From: a bacterium | Lineage (GTDB): Bacteria; Bacillota_I; Bacilli_A; RFN20; CAG-826 | Length of the DNA stretch: 64,000 nt | Assembly: GCA_963605025.1 (NCBI GenBank) | Contig: CAVCSZ010000002.1 | Span: forward strand, 16,996-80,995 | Direction: 5' to 3' | Shown here: positions 49,047-57,045 of the stretch, piece after piece | Layout: each line of letters starts with the position of its first letter | Position numbering within the stretch: the stretch's first letter is position 1 | Notes under the pieces: model-generated | Databases searched by the model: none | Told to the model about the DNA's origin: nothing | The model's input: only the letters and a program-made list of their open reading frames with translations | Made by a program: the position numbers and the translations under genes

Positions 49047-49349
49047 ATGCAATGGTATGATTATGTTTTCTGGGTTATTGCAGTTATTATAGTTATTTTA
49101 GGTTTATTACAAGGTGGTAAGAGTGAAGGTGCTAGTGGTGCTATTACTGGTGGAGGATTAAACGTCTTCGTTAAAACTAAAGAAAGAGGAAGTGAATTAA
49201 TTGTTTCTTATCTCACTTTAGGATTTGGTATCTTATTCTTATTCTTTGCTTTATTATGTAATGCGTTACAAACTTCAGGTTCTACTGAAGATAGCGAATC
49301 TACAACAACTGCAATTAGATTAGTAGGTAACTTATTAAATTTATTTTAA
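49047..49349 (+). CDS. secG: Preprotein translocase subunit SecG-like
   Basis: Two TM helices flank a Gly-rich loop LLQGGKSEGASGAITGGG. The ATG at 49047 is preceded by GGAGG. Confidence 0.7.
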   Translation: MQWYDYVFWVIAVIIVILGLLQGGKSEGASGAITGGGLNVFVKTKERGSELIVSYLTLGFGILFLFFALLCNALQTSGSTEDSESTTTAIRLVGNLLNLF

Positions 49350-49353
49350 AATT

Positions 49354-49382
49354 AAAGCTTCACTTATAATGTGAAGCTTTTT
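49354..49382 (+). terminator. Intrinsic terminator
   Basis: 10-bp stem AAAGCTTCAC / GTGAAGCTTT followed by T residues. Confidence 0.8.
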
Positions 49383-49400
49383 ATATCCTTAATAAAATAA

Positions 49401-49425
49401 AAGACTTACAATAAATGTAAGTCTT
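49401..49425 (-). terminator. Intrinsic terminator for the minus-strand membrane-protein gene (possibly bidirectional)
   Basis: 10-bp stem AAGACTTACA / TGTAAGTCTT with T-rich flanks on both strands. Confidence 0.7.
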
Positions 49426-49432
49426 AATTTTT

Positions 49433-50419
49433 TTATTGTTGATATTGTGGTCTTAAATATTTCATTGATAACCACATACATCTGAATCCAAATGTCATGA
49501 TATATAACATACATACAGTTTGGAAACTTCCACCCATTAAGAATCCTATGATCATAGAAAGTAATGCTGGAGTTAAACATGCAAAGAATGCAATACCCAT
49601 AACTTGTTGGAATTTTAATAAGCTATTTGGATTTTGTTTTCCTCTACTCATTAAGAATAATACAAGTGACATAATAATTGTAATACCAGCATTGATACCT
49701 GCTAACATACCAATTTGAATTAATGTTGTTTGCATTCTTCCATCTAAATAAGCAGTATCACAGAAAGTATAGAAATTAGTCATAATTTGAGACATTTGAG
49801 TATTAATATAAGTTGTCTTATCAACATCTTTTAATAAATATTGTTTTAATGACGCAAAATCTTCAAATGAATTATAAGAACCAGTAGCAGAACAAATTAA
49901 ACTTGAATGAGTTTTATCTTTATATACACTAACTGAGAAATAATCAGTACCAAAGAATATATATCCAGAAACTTTAAGTTCATCAAGAATAAGTGATCTT
50001 TGTTCAGTGAATGTTCCATTAGTAGATAATGATGTATCAAGATAATAAATACCAATTGATTGACTTCCACTTGTAGTAGTAGAAATTTCTTGTTTTGCAT
50101 CTCCATCCATTCTTAATAATTTATGATTTTCCATTTTTAAGTCTACTGCATCACTATTAGCGTAGTAATGTAATCCAGCACTTAAAATATCATTATTTGA
50201 ATTATTAACAGATGAACTTCCTTTTCTAGTAGATTCACTAACAGAAGTAGGAATAATAGTTAATGTAATAGAAACTAAGAATACTGCAATAGAAATAATC
50301 CAATGTTTAACACCTATTTCTTTACATATTTCATTATTAAATAATGATTTTACATAATACCATATTTTTGTCCAATTAAATGAACTCTTTTTACCTTTTA
50401 TATTTTTAACTTTTGCCAT
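49433..50419 (-). CDS. Uncharacterised membrane protein
   Basis: 328 aa. N-terminal TM helix, an extracytoplasmic Ser/Thr-rich domain of about 190 aa, then 3-4 C-terminal TM helices. RBS GAGGT. Confidence 0.7.
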   Translation of the reverse strand: MAKVKNIKGKKSSFNWTKIWYYVKSLFNNEICKEIGVKHWIISIAVFLVSITLTIIPTSVSESTRKGSSSVNNSNNDILSAGLHYYANSDAVDLKMENHKLLRMDGDAKQEISTTTSGSQSIGIYYLDTSLSTNGTFTEQRSLILDELKVSGYIFFGTDYFSVSVYKDKTHSSLICSATGSYNSFEDFASLKQYLLKDVDKTTYINTQMSQIMTNFYTFCDTAYLDGRMQTTLIQIGMLAGINAGITIIMSLVLFLMSRGKQNPNSLLKFQQVMGIAFFACLTPALLSMIIGFLMGGSFQTVCMLYIMTFGFRCMWLSMKYLRPQYQQ

Positions 50420-50480
50420 TTTTTCTTAAACCTCAAGTCAAAATATTATAAACTATTTATGAGGTTATAACAAATAAAAT

Positions 50481-50879
50481 ATGGATAAAAGATATAGTAA
50501 AGTAATACTTGCAAATATGTGCATGGTTTATAAAGATGATATGATACTTGTTCAAATGAGAAAGAAGAAAGATTGGCCAGGTTTAACTTTTCCTGGAGGT
50601 CATGTTGAAAATAATGAAACATTAGAAGAAAGTGTAATAAGAGAAATTAAAGAAGAAACAGGGTTAACATTAAAATCTGTACATCTTTCAGGAATTAAAG
50701 AATGGCCATGGGAAAAAAATACAAGATATCTAGGGTTTTTATATAAATCTAATGATTTTGAAGGAGAAGTTTCTTCATCAAAAGAAGGAGAAGTTTTTTG
50801 GATTAAAAAAGAAGACATTAAAAATTATTCTTTAAGCTTAGATTTTGAAGAATTATTTGAAATTATTGATAATAATTAG
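50481..50879 (+). CDS. NUDIX hydrolase (MutT-like)
   Basis: Nudix box GGHVENNETLEESVIREIKEETGL. Confidence 0.9.
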   Translation: MDKRYSKVILANMCMVYKDDMILVQMRKKKDWPGLTFPGGHVENNETLEESVIREIKEETGLTLKSVHLSGIKEWPWEKNTRYLGFLYKSNDFEGEVSSSKEGEVFWIKKEDIKNYSLSLDFEELFEIIDNN

Positions 50880-50917
50880 TATAATACCAAAATCTATATT
50901 TATTATAGTAAGAAACT

Positions 50918-51288
50918 GGGGATGTCTTGGTTTCGACATGATTAATAGGGTATTTACTAGCAGTGGAGTGATGACCTAATCATCAATAAAAATTATCTGG
51001 CAACAGAAATACAAATCTTGCATTCGCTGCTTAATTAAAGCGATTTATTAGTCTAAAGGTTTAGACAAGTGCAACAGAAACTATTGGATTAGCTTCTTAT
51101 TCGATAGATTTCTGTGATATCAAGAAGCTATATTGAGTGATGAATATAAGTTCAATAGAAAATTAAATATTCTCGTGATAAGTAAGTTTGTAAGTGTTGA
51201 TATATCATTAAATTTAAATGCTTACTAAACTGTAGAGGTAAATGGTTATTGGTTATGGACCGGAGTTCAACTCTCCGCATCTCCACCA
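50918..51288 (+). ncRNA. ssrA: tmRNA (SsrA)
   Basis: The 5' end GGGGATGTCTTGGTTTCGAC pairs with the 3' end ...GGAGTTCAACTCTCCGCATCTCCACCA. The tag ORF GGC AAC AGA AAT ACA AAT CTT GCA TTC GCT GCT TAA (50999-51034) encodes GNRNTNLAFAA. Confidence 0.9.
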
Positions 51289-51367
51289 AAAGGTAAGGAA
51301 ACGAACTCTTGTTGCATAATAGGTATCTATTATATACCAGGACACTTCGTTGTAAGGGCAAAGTTAA

Positions 51368-51420
51368 ATCTTGTCCATAATAGAAAGAAGAAGTAGCAGT
51401 AGAAATACTGCTATTTTTTA
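51368..51420 (+). repeat. Direct repeat copy A (about 53 nt, includes the ssrA terminator); partner at 54792-54842
   Basis: ATCTTGTCCATAATAGAAAGAAGAAGTAGCAGTAGAAATACTGCTATTTTTTA versus ATTTTGTTAATAATAGAAGAAAAAAGTAGCAGTAAAAATACTGCTTTTTTA. About 43 matching positions. Confidence 0.7.
51392..51419 (+). terminator. Intrinsic terminator downstream of ssrA
   Basis: Stem GTAGCAGTA / TACTGCTAT, loop GAAA, then T6. Confidence 0.7.
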
Positions 51421-51513
51421 AAGGAAAATTAAAAAAAGATTGAGATATTATAAAAAGATATCATTTTAAACATTGTAAGGTAATCGCGTCGATTCATTAA
51501 ATTTTTTAACATG

Positions 51514-51542
51514 TTGATTTTTGGGGAGCAAAATTATATAAT
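51514..51542 (+). promoter_or_regulatory. Promoter TTGATT-N17-TATAAT for the Fic-like gene
   Basis: Spacing counted directly. Confidence 0.55.
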
Positions 51543-51577
51543 TAATGTAAGAAAGCACCCCAAGAGGAGATACAGTT

Positions 51578-52543
51578 ATGAGTGATCAATATTTAGAAAT
51601 TCAATTATTATTAGAACAAAGAGCTGAAATTAATGCAAGACTAAATTTGATTCCGTATGATGGATCTATTGAAATTAAAGATAGAGGTGGTAAAAAATAT
51701 CTTTATATTAGAAAACGTATTTTAGGTCGCAATACATCTACTTATGTCGATTCTTATTCTGATGAATTATTTGCTTCAATTTCTAGATTATTAAAAGAAG
51801 CGAAAGAATATAAGAAACAAATTAGAAAAATAAATAATGAATTGTCTAAGTTAGGCTATACAGAACAAGAATTATCCCCTAAAGTATTATTAAATATCGA
51901 TTTTGCTAGAGCAAATATGAAAACAAATATTTATGATCAAGCAATTCTTGAGGGAATTGCTACAACATTTCCTGATACTGAAACAATTATTGAAAATGGA
52001 AAAGTTAATGGAATGACTGCAACAGATGTTCAAAAAATATTAAATTTAAAACACGCATGGGAATTTATTATGGATAAAGATGTTGTTGCTTCTAAATCAA
52101 GTTATTCAATACTTTGTTATATAGCAAGTCTAGTAAATGAAGGATTTTATACATATGGTGGTAGAATTAGATGTGTTCCTGTAACAATTGGAGGAACGTC
52201 TTATATTGCACCTCTTCCAATAGAAAATTTAGTTAAAGAAGAAATTGAAATTATACTAAATAAGAATGATGAACCAGTTAATATAGCAATTGAACTTTGC
52301 TTATATTGCATGAAAACTCAAATTTTTAATGATGGAAATAAAAGAGCATCGGTAATATTTACAAATCATTTTCTTATATCAAAAGGAGCAGGATTATTAG
52401 TTATACCTAAAAATAAAGTTCCTATATTTAAGAAATTGTTAGTTACCTATTATGAAAATAAAGATAATGGTGTAATATTAGAATTTATGAAAAAATATTG
52501 CTGGAAAACTTTTGATAAGGCACAAATATATTTGAGAAAGTAA
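51578..52543 (+). CDS. Fic/Doc-family protein with a variant motif (QIFNDGNKR)
   Basis: 321 aa. The Fic-core position reads QIFNDGNKRASV (52319-52345). The Fic consensus is HPFx[DE]GNGR and Doc-type is HxFxDxNKR. RBS GGAG. Confidence 0.7.
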   Translation: MSDQYLEIQLLLEQRAEINARLNLIPYDGSIEIKDRGGKKYLYIRKRILGRNTSTYVDSYSDELFASISRLLKEAKEYKKQIRKINNELSKLGYTEQELSPKVLLNIDFARANMKTNIYDQAILEGIATTFPDTETIIENGKVNGMTATDVQKILNLKHAWEFIMDKDVVASKSSYSILCYIASLVNEGFYTYGGRIRCVPVTIGGTSYIAPLPIENLVKEEIEIILNKNDEPVNIAIELCLYCMKTQIFNDGNKRASVIFTNHFLISKGAGLLVIPKNKVPIFKKLLVTYYENKDNGVILEFMKKYCWKTFDKAQIYLRK

Positions 52544-52688
52544 TAATAGTCCACCATTAACTACTGTTAATAATTCCACTAAATTTTTAGGATGGCATAA
52601 AACTAATATTTAAAATATATCAAATAGTGTTCGTTTCCTTTTTTTAGCTCTACCATTATTTTTTATTTATAAACTTCAATTTATATAA

Positions 52689-52710
52689 TTATGGTGTGAG
52701 TTCAACTCCT
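52689..52710 (+). repeat. Degenerate copy of the tmRNA 3' end (T-arm region)
   Basis: TTATGG-TGT-GAGTTCAACTC here versus TTATGG-ACCG-GAGTTCAACTC at 51253-51273. Same orientation. Confidence 0.45.
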
Positions 52711-52765
52711 AGTAAAGTTTTTAATTATTAAATAAAAGTATTTATGTCTTTAAATTTTGATGATT

Positions 52766-52809
52766 TTAAAAAATGAAAAATTGGTTTGCCTTATTATTAC
52801 AAACCAATT
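52766..52809 (-). terminator. Intrinsic terminator of the amidohydrolase gene
   Basis: 10-bp stem AATTGGTTTG / CAAACCAATT with a T-rich tract on the minus strand. Confidence 0.7.
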
Positions 52810-52823
52810 TTATTTTAATTAAA

Positions 52824-54584
52824 TTATTGCTTTTTAGTATAAACTTTATTTCCTTCGAAATGGACAGAAGTAATATTTGCATTTCCTATTGTATCACTAT
52901 TCATTTTAGTAATATCATTATCAATAGTAAGGAAGTCTGCGTATTTTCCTACTTCTATTGATCCTCTTTCATTAGAGATTCCTAATTGTTTAGCGCCATT
53001 AATAGTCATTACATCTATTGCTTCTTGAAGAGTAATTAATTCGTTTTTATTTAATGAAGTATAAGTGTCTCTTAAGCCTAGTTTTGGTGCAAATGTTCCA
53101 TCTATTGCACATTCAATAATATTTAATACATCACAAGGTGCACCTGAATTAGCAGGACAATCAGTAGAACTTGTAACATTAATTCCTTTTTCAATAAGTG
53201 ATTTCATTGGATAACCAGCCATATAATAATCCATATCGATCTTTTCTTTCATTTCTTCAAGAGAATTCTTACTTACAATTCTCCAACAAATATTTTCAGC
53301 GACTGAGATATTATGGCTTGCTATTTTGTTTTTAGTTTTTTCATCTATTTGTCTTGCATGTCCTATTGAATTTAATACTCCATCTTTTGCAGTACTTTCA
53401 GAATTGATAAATGCATCAGTTGCTTGTTTTACACCAGCGTCTCCAGAAGCATGAATATGAACTGATAATCCACTTTGGTTAGCTTTTTTAACCATATCGC
53501 TCATTTTTTCATCTTCCCAACATTGAGTTCCTACTGAACCATCTTTATAAGGAGAAACACCATCTTTTTTAAGTACCCATCCGGAAAGATGTTCAACACA
53601 TTCTCCATCTGCAAAAGCTTTAATTGAATTTGGATTAAAACGATTTGTTTTATAAGTAGTAGAAATTTTTGAAGCCTCATTTAATTTTGCATCTACATCT
53701 TCACTTGGCTCAATTTCAAAGGAGCCACCCATATAAAAATTAAGTCCTTTTTCATTATCATATTTGCTAATTCCTTGGAAGGCACATTCTCCAAAATAAG
53801 AAGTATATGCATCAAAATACATAGTGTAACCATTTGAATGGAGTTCTTCTTCACATTTATTTAATGCTTTATACCAATCATCAGCAGAAATAATTCCTGA
53901 TGGTTGTAAAACTTTATGAAGAACATAGTTCATTGCACCATCACTTGCTAATCCTAATAATTTACTTCCATCTTTACTTTTAGAAAGAAATCCGCCAGGG
54001 ATAGAAGAATTAATGCTAAGACCTGCCATTTCAATTGCTTTAGAATTCATAAATACATTATGACTTGCATCATCAACCATAAGAATGGGTTTTGAAGTAC
54101 TTACTTCATCAAGAAGGGAACAAACATCAGTTGTTGCTTTAACTCCTTCAATTTTCATATTTTGCCATCCAAAACTAAAATATAAATTGGCATTAGGTTC
54201 TTTTTTTACTTTTTCTTTAATAAAATCTATGGCCTTATCAATGGTTTCAGCTTCATATAAAGCACCGACTTGAGAAAGTACAGCTTTCATTGAATAATGA
54301 GCGTGTCCTTCACTTGCACCTGACATTACAAAACCATTTTCGTTATTGATGATTTCAGTTGTTCCGTTTTTAATATATTTTTTTACGCCATCTTTGTTTC
54401 CGACATAAATATATTTTCCATCTTTAACAGCGAATGCATCTACATAGTCATGATTTTTGTTAGAAGTATAAATATTACTATAAACAACTTTATCTGCAAT
54501 TACTTCTTTAGTTTCACCACAACTAGTTAAATTAGCGCAACTTAGTAAAGTTAATAATACAACTTTTTTTACTTTTTCTTTCAT
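52824..54584 (-). CDS. Amidohydrolase-family (Amidohydro_3/YtcJ-like) lipoprotein
   Basis: Signal peptide and lipobox (LLSCANLTSCG). HxH metal motif (EGHAHYS), later HIHASGD and a C-terminal KYADF. 586 aa. RBS GGAGAG. Confidence 0.8.
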   Translation of the reverse strand: MKEKVKKVVLLTLLSCANLTSCGETKEVIADKVVYSNIYTSNKNHDYVDAFAVKDGKYIYVGNKDGVKKYIKNGTTEIINNENGFVMSGASEGHAHYSMKAVLSQVGALYEAETIDKAIDFIKEKVKKEPNANLYFSFGWQNMKIEGVKATTDVCSLLDEVSTSKPILMVDDASHNVFMNSKAIEMAGLSINSSIPGGFLSKSKDGSKLLGLASDGAMNYVLHKVLQPSGIISADDWYKALNKCEEELHSNGYTMYFDAYTSYFGECAFQGISKYDNEKGLNFYMGGSFEIEPSEDVDAKLNEASKISTTYKTNRFNPNSIKAFADGECVEHLSGWVLKKDGVSPYKDGSVGTQCWEDEKMSDMVKKANQSGLSVHIHASGDAGVKQATDAFINSESTAKDGVLNSIGHARQIDEKTKNKIASHNISVAENICWRIVSKNSLEEMKEKIDMDYYMAGYPMKSLIEKGINVTSSTDCPANSGAPCDVLNIIECAIDGTFAPKLGLRDTYTSLNKNELITLQEAIDVMTINGAKQLGISNERGSIEVGKYADFLTIDNDITKMNSDTIGNANITSVHFEGNKVYTKKQ

Positions 54585-54752
54585 TTATTACTCTCCATTT
54601 TTTAAATTATATAAAACAATTAGTATTTTAGTCAATTAAACAAATACGAGAGTAACGAATAAAAAATGATAAATTCAAGCTCGAAATGTAATTTTTCAGG
54701 GATGTTGATAATAATTTTTCTTCATAATAAATCTAAATATTTATTAACACCA

Positions 54753-54782
54753 TTTTTTAACATATTCGGTTTAGCATTATCA
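54753..54782 (+). repeat. 30-nt direct repeat, copy 1 (partner 59499-59528, 27/30 identical)
   Basis: TTTTTTAACATATTCGGTTTAGCATTATCA versus TTTTTCAACATATTCAGTTTATCATTATCA. Confidence 0.65.
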
Positions 54783-54791
54783 AAAAATTAG

Positions 54792-54842
54792 ATTTTGTTA
54801 ATAATAGAAGAAAAAAGTAGCAGTAAAAATACTGCTTTTTTA
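54792..54842 (+). repeat. Direct repeat copy B (orphan terminator-like hairpin); partner at 51368-51420
   Basis: See copy A. No plus-strand gene ends here, so the hairpin has no obvious terminator role. Confidence 0.7.
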
Positions 54843-54934
54843 TTTTTGATAAAGAATAAGAGATCATAATAAAAAATAGAAATAGAAAATATTATACATC
54901 TTACGTAAATTCATAAAGTAAAATCCGTTTTTTA

Positions 54935-54991
54935 AAAGACCGATTTTTTCATACTAATTTCCGATTTTAAGAATAAAAACTGAATTTAAGT
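54935..54991 (-). mobile_element. Solo IS30-like left-end remnant
   Basis: ACTAATTTCCGATTTTAAGAATAAAAACTGAATTTAAGT parallels ACTAAAATCCGGATACTTAATAAAAACTGACTTTACTAA at 56293-56332. Its terminal 12-mer is the exact inverse of 55043-55054. Confidence 0.55.
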
Positions 54992-55039
54992 TAAGAAAAG
55001 TTTATTATTTTTATGTTTTTGAGCATGCTGAAAATTACC

Positions 55040-56332
55040 TACTAAATTCAGTTTCTCAAACTAATTTCCGTTTACCTGTTGACGTTAATGATTTTTAATT
55101 AATGAATTTTTTTATATTTAATTTTTAAATAACTTGTTATAAATATCTTCTCCAAAGATTTTACAAAATGCTTCTTTTGGAATGAAACCATCTAATGAAC
55201 TAACTGGTGTTTCATTTATTATATTCGCAATTTTAGTAATGTCATCTTGAGTATATTTATCAATTGAACTACCTTTTGAAAAAATTTTCTTAATTGTTTA
55301 TTCCATATTTTCTACGAATGCTTTTTGATTACTTTTAAATGCATTACAGAAAAATAAATTTGTTCTCTGAGCTCCTATATCATTAGAAAATTCAATTCCT
55401 TGAAAATCTGCAAAAGATGGATCGCGGTCAGTTAAAATAGATGGGAAAATTTTACAAAAATTTTCAAAACCAGTTACTGATTCAATGTAATTAAAAGTTT
55501 CAACTACTTTTTGTGAATTCTTATTTTCAATGATAAATAAAAATACAAAGTGCAAAGAAGCCATAATAAGAGTTAGAATATATTTGCTATCTATTCTAAT
55601 TGAACCAAGAAAATCCATTTGTACTGGTATTTCATTGATTCTTTTTTGAATATACGCAAGATAGTCTAAATAAGTATGATTTTCTCTATTGATTTTACAA
55701 TCCGAGTAATCGTACTCTTTTATTTTCTTCTTTCTTTTTTTTGTAAGTTACAGCATATGGTAAATCAATTTTCTTAATTGGAACTTTGCCTTCAGCAATA
55801 TATTTATAAACAGTTGAAATAGAAATATCTATTCCGCTTTCTAATATTGATACATAAACTGATTTTTTATTTTTCAATCCCTCTATAAGAGAAAAAACTA
55901 GTTGATTATATTCACTAGGTTCAAGATTTATTCCTTGTCTAGAAAGATGAAGCGTTCTTTCATATTTAATTTGAGCAAGTGAAGAATCATATTTCATCTG
56001 CTCTAAATAGCAATCAGTGTATTTATGAGGACACCCTGCACAAATATATGCCCATTTGTTCAATTTTGGACATTTGTTACTTTTAAATCCTATCCTGACT
56101 TCTTTACTAACAACTCTATTTCTTTTAAGTTCCTTTGAAATAGTAGTAGGATCATATCCAAGTTCTTTTGCAATTTCAGAACACTTTGTTTATGAGCTAA
56201 CATGTTTTAAATTTTCTTCCTGTCTTCTAATTTTAAATGTGACATAAATAACCTCCTTTTTTGCTGACAGGTTACATATATTATACTTTCTCAGACTAAA
56301 ATCCGGATACTTAATAAAAACTGACTTTACTA
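55040..56332 (-). mobile_element. IS30-family insertion sequence (decayed); imperfect terminal inverted repeats TACTAAATTCAGTTT / TAGTAAAGTCAGTTT
   Basis: The inverted repeats at 55040-55054 and 56318-56332 match at 13/15 positions. They enclose the transposase pseudogene. Confidence 0.65.
55118..56246 (-). pseudogene. IS30-family transposase pseudogene (at least 2 frameshifts and 2 in-frame stops)
   Basis: MSHLKLEDRKKI then a shift; ...SEIAKELGYDPTTISKELKRN HTH with an in-frame TAA; a frame break at the A8 run (55735-55742); a DDE region ...LTDRDPSFADF...; another TAA before ...KGSSIDKYT...FCKIFGEDIYNKLFKN. Confidence 0.8.
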
Positions 56333-56394
56333 AAATAATGCACAATATTATAGATCTTATTTAATTTACTATTAACTTTTATTTTACTTAGTTG

Positions 56395-56415
56395 TAATAT
56401 ATCACTGATATATTA
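56395..56415. promoter_or_regulatory. Perfect 10-bp inverted repeat TAATATATCA-C-TGATATATTA (candidate autoregulatory operator)
   Basis: Read directly. It lies 15 nt upstream of the GntR-family gene start and overlaps a likely -10 box. Confidence 0.45.
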
Positions 56416-56429
56416 GTAAGGAGATAAAA

Positions 56430-57041
56430 ATGAATCCATACGAAATAATAAAGCAAGATATAATCTTAGGAAATTTAAAACCTAATACTATATTTAATGA
56501 AAAAGAATATGCATTAAAACTTAATACATCTAGAACACCAATTAGGGAAGCAATTTTAAAATTAAAAGAAGAAGGATATATAAATATAATTCCCAGAAAA
56601 GGTACATTAATTAGTTCTATTTCTTATCAAGATATTAAAGAGTTATATGAATATAGAATATTAATTGAACCTAATATATATTCTTTATTTAAAGAAGAAC
56701 CTTCTATAGAATGGATAAATAAATGGATTACTCATTTTTCTTCTTCATTAGATAATACTAATTTAAATTTAAATGCTGATGATGATGAATTATTCCATGT
56801 AGAACTTGCATCATTTACTAAAAATGATTACTTAATTAATCAAGAAAAATTATTATTAGAAAAGAGTTTAAGAATCAGATTACTTTCTAATATTAAAAGT
56901 AAGAAAAGATATATAGAAGCTAATAATGAACATTTACAAATCTTAGAAGCTTTAAAAGCTAAAGATTATAAAAAAGCTTCTCAAGTTAGTAAAAAACATT
57001 TACAAAATACTTTAAAAGGTTTTGCTTTCTTAGGAGAATAA
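56430..57041 (+). CDS. GntR-family (FCD-type) transcriptional regulator
   Basis: wHTH EKEYALKLNTSRTPIREAILKLKEEGYINIIPRKGTLI; 203 aa; RBS AAGGAG. Confidence 0.85.
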   Translation: MNPYEIIKQDIILGNLKPNTIFNEKEYALKLNTSRTPIREAILKLKEEGYINIIPRKGTLISSISYQDIKELYEYRILIEPNIYSLFKEEPSIEWINKWITHFSSSLDNTNLNLNADDDELFHVELASFTKNDYLINQEKLLLEKSLRIRLLSNIKSKKRYIEANNEHLQILEALKAKDYKKASQVSKKHLQNTLKGFAFLGE

Positions 57042-57045
57042 TATT

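Noticed and set aside
51152-51361. 69-aa minus-strand ORF in the track
   Set aside because: It lies antisense across the 3' half of the tmRNA gene and its terminator region. It has no RBS. The RNA gene explains the sequence.
51289-51391. About 100 nt between the tmRNA CCA end and its terminator; possible small RNA or attachment core
   Set aside because: I saw only short 5-bp hairpins and no convincing structure or ORF. The segment is treated as part of the island-junction finding rather than as a separate feature.
54680-54705. Weak inverted similarity to 59473-59497 (16/25)
   Set aside because: It is not above what AT-rich intergenic DNA gives by chance. Only the adjacent 30-nt direct repeat is convincing.
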